Assembly: GCA_038531945.1 (NCBI GenBank)
Contig: JBCBBH010000001.1
Span: 147,456-211,455 of the forward strand
Origin: Pseudomonadota bacterium
GTDB lineage: Bacteria; Pseudomonadota; Gammaproteobacteria; Steroidobacterales; Woeseiaceae
Length of the DNA: 64,000 bases
Direction of reading: 5' to 3'
The first letter of the stretch is position 1. Every line of letters starts with the position of its first letter. Of this stretch, positions 21,886 to 29,242 are shown piece by piece. Below the pieces are notes generated by a model, which was given only the letters and a program-made list of their open reading frames with translations, had not been told where the DNA came from and did no database searches. A program made the position numbers and the translations under genes.

Positions 21886-23379
21886 ATGCTCGGATGCCTG
21901 AGTCTCAACGGTGTAAATCAAAAGCGCTTCGAGCGTTTGTGCGCTGAGTGGCGCGGTGCCGGTATACTTACGCGCGTGAAAAGTTTGTTACACCCTCAAC
22001 GCACCTTGCTTTCGTGTTGTGCAGCACTACTGCTCCTTCTGATTGGCCTGCCTACCGTCGCGCATTCACAGTGGCCGCAACAAAGCTGCAGCTTACGTCA
22101 CCGTATTCCGGTCACCATCACAGCGACTGCAGGCACACATTCAAGTGAAACTCGTATCGATTTAACCAGCACTGACTTCCCGATCGAATATGCGTTCTCG
22201 AGTGATGGCGAAGATGTACGAGTATTCCGATCCGATGACTCGACCCCTGTCGACTTCGTTGTCGCAGGGTGGGACGCCATAGCGCGAACCGCGACGATCT
22301 ACACCCGTCTACCACCCATCGCCAGTGGCGGTTCAGAGTTGATCTATATCTATTTTGGCGATGAGTCGTTGGCAGCAGCCGACAGTCCGTTCGCGGTTTT
22401 TCCGGATGCGGGTGTGCGACTTCGCAGTCGCGTTTCGACGGCAGATCCAACGAGTGCGGCTAGCGGGTTAGCCGCGTTTGAAGCGGCGACCACCGACGTC
22501 GATGATTCGGTGCGACCCACGGTGACTGGGTTGCGCAACCGAGATCTGGGTGGATCCAATGGCAATTTCGGTTGGTGCATCAGCGCGGTGTTGAATGTCA
22601 CACCCGCCACCACGGGCACATGGGACTTCCGTTACGGCGCGGACTTCGGCCGGGGTGGACATCTGTACGTCAGTGGACAGGCGCTCGAAGAAGACTGGAA
22701 CGACGATCTTTGGTGGTCGGGTAACTATGCGAACACTGGCGAAACCCTTGAGGGCAGCATCACGTTGGCGCCCGGCTGGCATCGCTACGAAGCACTTGGC
22801 TTCGAAGGGTGCTGCGACGGACGTGTCGGATTTCAGGCGCGCCCGCCAGGTGGTACATGGCAAGACCTGGGCTCCAGTAACTTTGCGCTCCGAGGGGCCC
22901 AGTGCATCAACGTCGATGTGAACACAAGCATCGCGCCAAGTGAGAGCTGCACTACCAACCTATCGCTGACGAAAACCGTGAGCGTCGATGCGACAAGTGA
23001 GTCCGAGTACAACATTCCCGGCAGTATCGTGCGCTACGACATTCTCGTCGAGAACCTCGGGCAGCGCATTGATCCGACGACGCTCGTCTTAACCGATGCA
23101 TTCCCTGACGAAGTTGCATTGCTGGTTGCCGGCAGCGGTGTGTTTGAGTTCGCCGATGGCGCTGAACCATCCGGTATTGGTTTCTCTTACGGCGGCCCGA
23201 ATAGCACGACCGACAGCGTCGAATTCTCCACGGATGGCATTAACTTCGGCTACATTCCAAGCGCCCCGTCTGATCCAGCGGTCACTCATATTCGCTTCCG
23301 CCCGACTGGCGCATTCAATCCGCGCAGCGGCTCGGCAACACCGAGCTTCACCATCAGCGTCCTCGGGGTCGTGCAGTAG
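21886..23379 (+). CDS. secreted protein with a PA14-like domain
   Basis: Signal peptide ([14 protein letters not shown]). PA14-like stretch [22 protein letters not shown]...[15 protein letters not shown]. The start is uncertain. Confidence 0.4.
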   Translation: MLGCLSLNGVNQKRFERLCAEWRGAGILTRVKSLLHPQRTLLSCCAALLLLLIGLPTVAHSQWPQQSCSLRHRIPVTITATAGTHSSETRIDLTSTDFPIEYAFSSDGEDVRVFRSDDSTPVDFVVAGWDAIARTATIYTRLPPIASGGSELIYIYFGDESLAAADSPFAVFPDAGVRLRSRVSTADPTSAASGLAAFEAATTDVDDSVRPTVTGLRNRDLGGSNGNFGWCISAVLNVTPATTGTWDFRYGADFGRGGHLYVSGQALEEDWNDDLWWSGNYANTGETLEGSITLAPGWHRYEALGFEGCCDGRVGFQARPPGGTWQDLGSSNFALRGAQCINVDVNTSIAPSESCTTNLSLTKTVSVDATSESEYNIPGSIVRYDILVENLGQRIDPTTLVLTDAFPDEVALLVAGSGVFEFADGAEPSGIGFSYGGPNSTTDSVEFSTDGINFGYIPSAPSDPAVTHIRFRPTGAFNPRSGSATPSFTISVLGVVQ

Positions 23380-23388
23380 CGAATTCTC

Positions 23389-23805
23389 ATGGCGCGTTCG
23401 AAAAGACAAGAGACGCAGGGAAACGGCATCGCCGCACGTATTCGAACAGCTCGCGAACGTGCGCAACTCGAGCCCACTGAACTTCGAGAAGCGCTAGCGG
23501 CACTCGGGCTCGATGTTTCGAAAACGGGATTGCACCGTCTGGAAACCCAAGACCCCAAGAACCCGAATTTGTCGTTGATCGAAGCGATTGCGAGCATCAC
23601 GAACGTCTCCCCAAGCTGGATTCTGTTTGGCGAAGGCGCAACCACTAAGCCAGACGAATTCGGACAAGCCATCCGAAGTCGCGTTGTCGATACGATCGAG
23701 TTACTCGTCGGTGCACTCGATCTCACCACGCGTCAAGAATCGACAATTAACAACTGGATGAAATCCGTTCGCGAGTCTAAACCCACCAAGCTCAGAAAAC
23801 CCTGA
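23389..23805 (+). CDS. XRE/Cro-type HTH transcriptional regulator
   Basis: HTH region IAARIRTARERAQLEPTELREALAALGLDVSKTGLHRLE. Confidence 0.6.
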   Translation: MARSKRQETQGNGIAARIRTARERAQLEPTELREALAALGLDVSKTGLHRLETQDPKNPNLSLIEAIASITNVSPSWILFGEGATTKPDEFGQAIRSRVVDTIELLVGALDLTTRQESTINNWMKSVRESKPTKLRKP

Positions 23806-23849
23806 ATGTGAACGCGTTCCGTTTTTCGGAACAAATGTTCATTTTTCTG

Positions 23850-23877
23850 TTGACAGCGTTTTAAAGCTGCGTATACT
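23850..23877 (+). promoter_or_regulatory. near-consensus sigma70 promoter (TTGACA, 16-nt spacer, TATACT)
   Basis: TTGACA at 23850-23855 and TATACT at 23872-23877. The predicted TSS at about 23884 sits 2-3 nt before an ATG. Confidence 0.6.
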
Positions 23878-23886
23878 CCCCGCCCC

Positions 23887-24057
23887 ATGATGATAGTCAA
23901 ACAACAACTCGGTCTCGGCACCACCGCTGGCAGTCATTGGCATACACCCGCCAATACCGCCGGGGTCGGCGACGTACGCCTGCTCTCGATGCAAGCGTAT
24001 CCAGCCGTCAACCGTTTTGATTTGCGCTCCACGATTTGTGGGGAACGTATGACCTAG
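23887..24057 (+). CDS. candidate leaderless small ORF (56 aa) or small-RNA body
   Basis: The ATG lies immediately after the promoter, with no SD. It translates as MMIVKQQLGLGTTAGSHWHTPANTAGVGDVRLLSMQAYPAVNRFDLRSTICGERMT. It is below the track threshold. A terminator follows at 24123. Confidence 0.3.
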   Translation: MMIVKQQLGLGTTAGSHWHTPANTAGVGDVRLLSMQAYPAVNRFDLRSTICGERMT

Positions 24058-24122
24058 CCTCCCAGAAATTTTTCCTGGAAGGCTCGACACACGGACCTTC
24101 CAGGGAAAACTCCAAGTAGAGA

Positions 24123-24157
24123 CCCCGGTCGGTTCGTTAGAACCACCGGGGTTTTTT
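24123..24157 (+). terminator. strong rho-independent terminator
   Basis: CCCCGGTCGGTTC-GTTA-GAACCACCGGGG hairpin followed by TTTTTT. A second 9-bp hairpin lies at 24072-24104. Confidence 0.7.
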
Positions 24158-24281
24158 ATTGCCTCCGGTTTTTGCTCTTTAACAATGTGGATTGTTCAGA
24201 CGTTGGGGGCGGAGTCTTTATGGGAAAGACTGCGATCTACAGACCCGTCGTGCGCTTATGCGCCCGCCCCAAGCGTTTTTG

Positions 24282-24358
24282 GCTAACGTAGCTCAATGTG
24301 GCAGAGCAGCTGTCTTGTAAACAGCCGGTTGTGAGTTCAACCCTCACCGTTAGCTCCA
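24282..24358 (+). tRNA. tRNA-Thr(TGT)
   Basis: Full cloverleaf folded by hand. Acceptor GCTAACG/CGTTAGC, D arm TAGCTC..GAGC, anticodon loop CTTGTAA, T loop TTCAACC, CCA encoded. Confidence 0.8.
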
Positions 24359-24363
24359 TTTAT

Positions 24364-24448
24364 GGAGAGGCAATCATTGGCGAGAATAGCCGGCTGTAAC
24401 CCGGTGGTCCTTATGGCCTTGTAGGTTCAATTCCTACCCTCTCCACCA
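24364..24448 (+). tRNA. tRNA-Tyr(GTA), long variable arm
   Basis: Acceptor GGAGAGG/CCTCTCC, anticodon loop CTGTAAC, long variable arm, T arm GTAGG-TTCAATT-CCTAC, CCA. The D arm is atypical. Confidence 0.65.
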
Positions 24449-24450
24449 AC

Positions 24451-24522
24451 GGATCGGTAGCTGAGACAGAATAGCGGCTGGCTGAAGACCAGCAGACGAT
24501 GGTGCGACTCCATCCCGATCCA
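24451..24522 (+). tRNA. non-canonical tRNA-like gene, anticodon GAA (Phe-like)
   Basis: Perfect 7-bp acceptor GGATCGG/CCGATCC. Anticodon stem-loop GCTGG-CTGAAGA-CCAGC. The D loop lacks G18G19 (AGACAGAA) and the T loop is TGCGACT, so T54-Psi55-C56 is absent. No encoded CCA. Confidence 0.45.
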
Positions 24523-24526
24523 CCGT

Positions 24527-24602
24527 TGCCGTGTAGCTCAACAGGTAGAGCAGCCGACTGTTACTCAGTTTGTTGATGGTTCAAATCCATCCATGGCAGC
24601 CA
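24527..24602 (+). tRNA. tRNA-Asn(GTT)-like
   Basis: Acceptor TGCCGTG/CATGGCA with disc G and CCA. Canonical D and T arms. Anticodon loop CTGTTAC with C37 and one C-A mismatch in the anticodon stem. Confidence 0.55.
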
Positions 24603-24606
24603 CCCC

Positions 24607-24682
24607 GGGGGATTAGCTCAACGGGTAGAGCACCTCGTTTGCAACGAAAAGGCTCTCGGTTCAAATCCGAGATCCTCCACCA
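24607..24682 (+). tRNA. tRNA-Ala(TGC)-like (G3:U70 present)
   Basis: Acceptor GGGGGAT/ATCCTCC with a G3-U70 wobble. Canonical D and T arms. Anticodon loop TTTGCAA, but the anticodon stem has two C-A mismatches at its base. Confidence 0.5.
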
Positions 24683-25152
24683 AATTTCGAGTCATCGGTA
24701 TTACCGAGGCTCTTGATAGCGGCCTGGCGCTGCTAACCGTCGGTAACGGCGGGAAAGGAACGCACCCATGGCGTTTCGCCGAGACTTGAGTTTCGGTCAC
24801 TCCAGGCAAGTTCGGCCTCCGGTTGTTCTCGGCACTGTCGGGAATAGCGGCCAAGCGATACGCGGAAGTAGCGTGACTGACGCACCGGCAATGTCGGGAA
24901 TGCGGGTCCGTGAAAGAACACGTGGTGGTGCAACCCGCGACACCAATATCGTCAACCGTGAGAGGTAACGAATAGTGCAGTTCAGTGCGAGCCTTGCAGG
25001 CAAGTGCGACTGTGCAGAAGGCGAGGGTTCTGGTGGTCAGCCAGCGTCCTTTTCATCGGTCAAGTAGCCGGCAGGTGAACGACATTCGGCGTGTTGTATT
25101 TCGTCGCCCAAAAGGTGGCGAAGCGACTGAGGCGCGCACGTCGCAGTGGGAT

Positions 25153-25223
25153 TGTGATTTAGCTCAATGGCAGAGCGATTGCCCAGCAAGCAATAGGTGC
25201 AGGTTCGACTCCTGTGTTCACGA
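25153..25223 (+). tRNA. non-canonical tRNA-like gene (anticodon loop CCAGCAA, C33, A34-G35-C36)
   Basis: Canonical D arm (TAGCTCAATGGCAGAGC) and T arm (GCAGG-TTCGACT-CCTGT). Perfect anticodon stem ATTGC/GCAAT. The loop carries C33 and A34. The acceptor has one mismatch. No CCA. Confidence 0.35.
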
Positions 25224-25579
25224 CTAACGTCAAACGCAAAGACGCGCCTCGGTACGCCGTCGAAAATGGCTTAAGGCCGGAGTCTACGGACAATCCGGCG
25301 GTTGGATCAGCCGCAAGTTGATCGGACCTTGGCAGCAAGCCGCACGGTCGGGAAGCCCCCGTTTGGAGCCCGCAAGGCTCACGGTACGCAAGCTGCTGAC
25401 TAGACGTGTACTACAAGTGCATCGCCGCACTTCAAAAAAGGCAGTCATGGTCTTCGACTGTCGAGTTGGCTTCGGCCAATCGGCAGTGGACAAGCACGCA
25501 ACGAGTGTCACGCACGGCATTCGGTACTCGTGCGAACGGAGGACTACAAAGCGCCTAGTCTCAGCGCTTTTCCTTTTCC

Positions 25580-25655
25580 GCCACGATAGCTCAATCGGAA
25601 GAGCATCGGATTGTCGATCCGAAAGATGTCGGTTCGAGTCCGATCCGTGGCGCCA
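25580..25655 (+). tRNA. tRNA-Asp(GTC)
   Basis: Cloverleaf folds cleanly. Anticodon loop TTGTCGA, T loop TTCGAGT, CCA. One A-C mismatch at 7-66. Confidence 0.8.
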
Positions 25656-25661
25656 TTCTTC

Positions 25662-25737
25662 GATCCTGTGGGCTAACGGTTAGGCCACCAGACTTTCAAT
25701 CTGGGGATTGCGAGTTCGAGTCTCGCCAGGATCACCA
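25662..25737 (+). tRNA. tRNA-Glu(TTC)
   Basis: Acceptor GATCCTG/CAGGATC, anticodon loop CTTTCAA, T arm GCGAG-TTCGAGT-CTCGC, CCA. Confidence 0.8.
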
Positions 25738-25739
25738 AA

Positions 25740-25866
25740 TGACCAGTAGCTCAGCGGGTAGAGCACACGCCTGATATGCGTGAGGTCGCACGTTCAACGC
25801 CAGGCAGGATGCCTCAGTGCCGCGTAGCACAGGACGTGCGAGAGCGGCCCGTCGCCTGGTCAACCA
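25740..25866 (+). tRNA. split/interrupted tRNA-Ile(GAT)-like gene (about 68-nt insertion replacing the T arm)
   Basis: The 5' half is canonical: acceptor TGACCAG, D arm, and anticodon arm CACGC-CTGATAT-GCGTG plus variable AGGTC. The matching 3' acceptor CTGGTCA-A-CCA is found only at 25856-25866. The intervening 25788-25855 forms three hairpins rather than a T arm. Confidence 0.35.
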
Positions 25867-25872
25867 AACACT

Positions 25873-25949
25873 CTGCGTGTAGCCAAACTGGATAAGGCCC
25901 CTGACTTCGAATCAGGAGATTGAGAGTTCGAGTCCCTCCGCGCAGGCCA
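25873..25949 (+). tRNA. tRNA-Arg(TCG)
   Basis: Acceptor CTGCGTG/CGCGCAG, anticodon loop CTTCGAA, T loop TTCGAGT, CCA. One mismatch in the T stem. Confidence 0.7.
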
Positions 25950-25955
25950 AACACT

Positions 25956-26033
25956 CTGGGAGTAGCTCAGCCTGGTCAGAGCACTTGCCTTGGAAGCAAG
26001 GGGTCGCTGGTTCAAGTCCAGCCTTCCAGACCA
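25956..26033 (+). tRNA. tRNA-Pro(TGG)
   Basis: Acceptor CTGGGAG/CTTCCAG, anticodon stem-loop CTTGC-CTTGGAA-GCAAG, T arm GCTGG-TTCAAGT-CCAGC, CCA. Confidence 0.8.
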
Positions 26034-26058
26034 ACGTTTCGAAACCGGAGCGCTACAA

Positions 26059-26146
26059 GGAGACTCGCATGGCTGGCGTGCTTATCGGTCTTGAAAACCG
26101 TGATGTCCTGACGGGCGTGGGGGTTCGATCCCCACAGTCTCCGCCA
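26059..26146 (+). tRNA. tRNA-Ser(TGA), long variable arm
   Basis: Acceptor GGAGACT/AGTCTCC, anticodon CGGT-CTTGAAA-ACCG, long variable arm, T loop TTCGATC, CCA. Position 8 is C and the D arm is atypical. Confidence 0.65.
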
Positions 26147-26152
26147 ATCGAT

Positions 26153-26230
26153 GGTGTATCTAGCTTAATCGGCAAAAGCTCCGGGCCGTGACCCCGGGAG
26201 ATATCGGTTCGAGTCCGATGATTCACCCCA
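26153..26230 (+). tRNA. tRNA-His(GTG) with G-1 and C73, anticodon loop CCGTGAC (C33)
   Basis: G-1 is present and the discriminator is C, the His identity set. Anticodon stem CCGGG/CCCGG. The loop has C at position 33 instead of the near-universal U. One T-T mismatch in the acceptor. Confidence 0.6.
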
Positions 26231-26236
26231 ATTCAT

Positions 26237-26328
26237 GGAGATGTGGCCGAGTGGCTTAAGGCACTCGTTTGCTAAACGAGAGAGGGCTCGAAAGTCCTTC
26301 CCAGGTTCGAATCCTGGCATCTCCGCCA
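26237..26328 (+). tRNA. tRNA-Ser(GCT), long variable arm
   Basis: Acceptor GGAGATG/CATCTCC, D arm TGGCCGAGTGGCTTAAGGCA, anticodon CTCGT-TTGCTAA-ACGAG, long variable arm, T loop TTCGAAT, CCA. Confidence 0.8.
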
Positions 26329-26337
26329 TTTGTCTAT

Positions 26338-26408
26338 TGAGAGGGAGGCGGTCTCAGACGAGAGTCATAACCTCGTTGTCGTCGGTTCGAATCCGACCCT
26401 CTCGACCA
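26338..26408 (+). tRNA. tRNA-like gene with CAT anticodon and truncated D arm (71 nt)
   Basis: Acceptor TGAGAGG/CCTCTCG with A and CCA. T arm GTCGG-TTCGAAT-CCGAC. Anticodon loop GTCATAA. Only about 14 nt are available for the D region. Confidence 0.4.
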
Positions 26409-26477
26409 TTACTTTCTAGCTCAGCCGGCATAACGTCGCTCTCGCAGAGAGGCAGTCGGCGAGAAAATCGAACAACT

Positions 26478-26555
26478 ACGGCTATAGCTCAGCGGAAAAA
26501 GAGCGCGACCGTGCGAAGGTCGAGGACGGAGGTTCAAATCCTTCTAGCCGTGCCA
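26478..26555 (+). tRNA. tRNA-Arg(GCG)
   Basis: Perfect acceptor ACGGCTA/TAGCCGT, D arm TAGCTC..GAGC, anticodon CGACC-GTGCGAA-GGTCG, T loop TTCAAAT, CCA. Confidence 0.65.
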
Positions 26556-26561
26556 AACCAT

Positions 26562-26636
26562 TCAGCGATCGTCTAACCGGTAGGACACCAGACTTTGACT
26601 CTGGAAGTAGAGGTTCGATTCCTCTTCGCTGAGCCA
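26562..26636 (+). tRNA. tRNA-Gln(TTG)
   Basis: Perfect acceptor TCAGCGA/TCGCTGA, anticodon CCAGA-CTTTGAC-TCTGG, T arm AGAGG-TTCGATT-CCTCT, CCA. Confidence 0.8.
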
Positions 26637-26641
26637 ACAAC

Positions 26642-26715
26642 AGGTCGCTCTTCTAACGGCAAGATAACGGATTCCAAACCCGTGAATCGGTGTTCGACTC
26701 ACCGGCGGCCTGCCA
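26642..26715 (+). tRNA. tRNA-Trp(CCA)
   Basis: Acceptor AGGTCGC/GCGGCCT, anticodon loop TTCCAAA, T arm CGGTG-TTCGACT-CACCG, CCA. Confidence 0.75.
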
Positions 26716-26721
26716 ACAACT

Positions 26722-26796
26722 GATGCTGTGGTCAAATGGCAAAGGCGCGAGGTTGCAACCCTCGAGATGACAGTTCAACTCTGTCCAGCATCTCCA
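26722..26796 (+). tRNA. tRNA-Cys(GCA)
   Basis: Perfect acceptor GATGCTG/CAGCATC, anticodon CGAGG-TTGCAAC-CCTCG, T arm GACAG-TTCAACT-CTGTC, CCA. Confidence 0.8.
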
Positions 26797-26885
26797 CGGC
26801 CAGACACAGCGAGTAGTTCAAACATCGGACGCTCCGTCGACGAATCGATTTATGAGATAGCGGCCAGAAAAGGCTTTCTTGAAGC

Positions 26886-29228
26886 TTACCGCACACCCAA
26901 TGGCGTGAACTCGTATCGCTCAGAAACTGCGCATCGCTGCAATGATCGCGTGACGACGACGCCGGACGATATGAAATTCACCGTGATGTCGCGATGGTCG
27001 ATTGCACCCTGAAACGATCCTTGTGCGGACTCAATGATCAGTACCTGCTTGGAATCATCGTAGTGCAATTGGGTGACTCGACGTTCACCGCGGCGCCACG
27101 CCTCAGTACGGTCATCGTCTTCGATCAGACGAAAGTGACCATTGGCTCCGGTGTACACGTCTATCACTAACTTCGACTTGTCGATAAAGGCAGTGGTGAG
27201 TGCGTACTCTCGTTTCGGAATGATGGCACCAGCACGGACGTAAAGCGGCATGGCGTTGTTCTCTTGGGTAAGTACTTGCTCGCCATCGAGAAGGTCGCCA
27301 CCACCGAGTGGATACCAGCCACCGTTTGGAAGCCAGACGCTGGTGTGGCTTTGATCGACAACCGGTGCAACAAGAATGCTGGGGCCGAACATAAACTGAA
27401 GATCGCGCTTCCAAGCAGATTCACTGTCAGGAAACTCGAGTAACATCGGCCTTGCGATAGGCAGGCCGGTGTCGGCAGCCTCATGCGCCACCGAATACAG
27501 ATAGGGCATCAACTCATAACGCAGTCGCCCATAGCGGTGTGCTGCAGCAACGCTCGATTCACTGCGATCAAGAGGCCAGCGCGACTGACCCATACCGTGC
27601 GGTTTCCAAATGGGTGCGAACGCACCAAGCGCCATCGCCCACCGTTGATATAGCGATTCGTCGGGACCGCTGCCTTGGTCCCAATCGAAAAAGCCGCCGG
27701 CATCATGCCCCCAAAACGGGAAGCCAGCGAGACCGGCCAATTGCATCGCACGGATCTGCGACGCCATATCGTCGTCGTTGGGTTTAATATCACCGCTCCA
27801 TAGCGTCGCATAGCGTTGGGCGCCCGCGGTCATGCCGCGCACCCATACGAAAGGTCGATTGATGATCGGTGACCGATCCCAACCCTCTGCCACGAGCGCT
27901 TTGGCGATCAAAAAAAACCAGTAGTTCCGCATCTCGGCTGAACTGCGCCCATTGGCAAGCACGATGTCTTTCGGTGCCGCGCCCTGCTCGTCGAACTCGT
28001 CGATCCAAAGCGCATCACCCGGGAAGTTGAGAGCGGGATTTAGTGATTTCTCGTAAAACACCTGCCAGAACCAGCGACGAAAGTCCGGGTTCGTCAAATC
28101 CGGCGCACTTTCCGGAAACTCGATATTGTCGATCGTCGGAAGATTAAACGACGAAGTCCAGCCGTCCGAGAAACGTGCGATGCAGCGGTTGAAGTCGATC
28201 GTTGAGACCAACCCATTGCCTTCCAGCCATGTTGCCCAGGCGACAGGATCTGGGTAGCGAGTTCGGTCCCATTCGATTTTCGACTCACAACGCTTGCCGC
28301 CCGCCGCGCGCCACCGGTTATCGTTGACCACGTGATCCAACGGCAGTCCCGCAATACGGTGCGATTGGATCTTGTCTTTCCACCACGCTTCATCGGAAGG
28401 CGTATCAGAGTTGTGATCGTGACCCTTGTCCGACAGCTGCAGGCCGAACATCGACTTCATTGGCAGGCGTGGACGGCCCGTCAATTGTGTATAGCGATCG
28501 ACTACTGCCTTCAACGAAGGTCCCGCGATGAACACATAGTCCATCTGTCCGGTAAACCCGTGGGTGTCAATCGCGATGCTGTAGTCCCCATCCGCATTCA
28601 ATGCAAATCGGTTAGGGAACGTACTGTTGAGAAAGACGCCGTAGCCGCGACTCGATAGATAAAAGGGAACGATTAGCGGTGCCTGCTCGACGGGTTCGCT
28701 GCCATAGTTGCGCTCTACGATGGAACCCGAAAGATCTAGCCGATCCGCGCGCGCGAAATAGCCGTGGCCCAGACCGGTGAAGCGCTCGCCGTCCACGGGC
28801 ACGAATCGAACACCGCGTTCGTCGCCTGCTCGGTACGAGCCCATTTTTTCTTGCAGAATCGGTGTGGTGCTTTGTGCGGTCTCGAATGAGACTGCTAGCG
28901 TTTCGCGATCGATCACCACTTTGAGTTCACTCGATTGCAGTACCACTGTATCGCTGTTAGTTGCGACATCAACACTGCTCGTCCAATCGTGTGACTCGAT
29001 CATCTCGTAATAGCTATCCGGCAGAAACGCCTCGCCGTCGTGGGCGGTTTGCAGACGTACCATTGCGTCGCCGAACCACAATATTCTGAGGGTGCGCGAA
29101 CCATCTGGCGACTCGACATAGAACGCACGAGAGTCGGTATGGAACTGGGACGCTGCACAGCCGCACAGGACTAAGACGGCAGTGGCGAGCAGGCTGAGTT
29201 TCACTTGTGTTTTTGTCGGCACGTTCAT
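26886..29228 (-). CDS. glycoside hydrolase family 31 (alpha-glucosidase/alpha-xylosidase-like) lipoprotein
   Basis: GH31-like core with a candidate nucleophile region (ALWIDEFDE). Start re-set to ATG 29228 (MNVPTKTQ...LVLCGCAAS lipobox). The track's 39-aa extension overlaps the neighbouring gene. Confidence 0.7.
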   Translation of the reverse strand: MNVPTKTQVKLSLLATAVLVLCGCAASQFHTDSRAFYVESPDGSRTLRILWFGDAMVRLQTAHDGEAFLPDSYYEMIESHDWTSSVDVATNSDTVVLQSSELKVVIDRETLAVSFETAQSTTPILQEKMGSYRAGDERGVRFVPVDGERFTGLGHGYFARADRLDLSGSIVERNYGSEPVEQAPLIVPFYLSSRGYGVFLNSTFPNRFALNADGDYSIAIDTHGFTGQMDYVFIAGPSLKAVVDRYTQLTGRPRLPMKSMFGLQLSDKGHDHNSDTPSDEAWWKDKIQSHRIAGLPLDHVVNDNRWRAAGGKRCESKIEWDRTRYPDPVAWATWLEGNGLVSTIDFNRCIARFSDGWTSSFNLPTIDNIEFPESAPDLTNPDFRRWFWQVFYEKSLNPALNFPGDALWIDEFDEQGAAPKDIVLANGRSSAEMRNYWFFLIAKALVAEGWDRSPIINRPFVWVRGMTAGAQRYATLWSGDIKPNDDDMASQIRAMQLAGLAGFPFWGHDAGGFFDWDQGSGPDESLYQRWAMALGAFAPIWKPHGMGQSRWPLDRSESSVAAAHRYGRLRYELMPYLYSVAHEAADTGLPIARPMLLEFPDSESAWKRDLQFMFGPSILVAPVVDQSHTSVWLPNGGWYPLGGGDLLDGEQVLTQENNAMPLYVRAGAIIPKREYALTTAFIDKSKLVIDVYTGANGHFRLIEDDDRTEAWRRGERRVTQLHYDDSKQVLIIESAQGSFQGAIDHRDITVNFISSGVVVTRSLQRCAVSERYEFTPLGVR

Positions 29229-29242
29229 ACTCAGGTGTTCGG

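Noticed and set aside
24690-25560. Possible tmRNA, 6S, RNase P or SRP RNA in the two ORF-free gaps inside the tRNA array (24690-25140 and 25240-25560)
   Set aside because: I could not find a tmRNA tag reading frame with a terminal tRNA-like domain, the SRP domain-IV motif, or the 6S/RNase P conserved regions. These gaps stay unexplained, but I cannot support any named ncRNA.
24618-25683. Several 60-120-aa ORFs in the track (for example 24618-24854, 24768-24968, 24985-25227, 25284-25520, 25318-25683) lying between and across tRNA genes
   Set aside because: They overlap tRNA-shaped sequences, have no RBS or coding periodicity that I can see, and GC-rich DNA generates such ORFs freely. I treat them as spurious.
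24282-26796. A CRISPR array, considered because the tRNA region has short repeated units and spacers
   Set aside because: The repeated units are tRNA cloverleafs of differing sequence and length. No direct repeats with constant length and unique spacers are present, and no cas genes are in the window.
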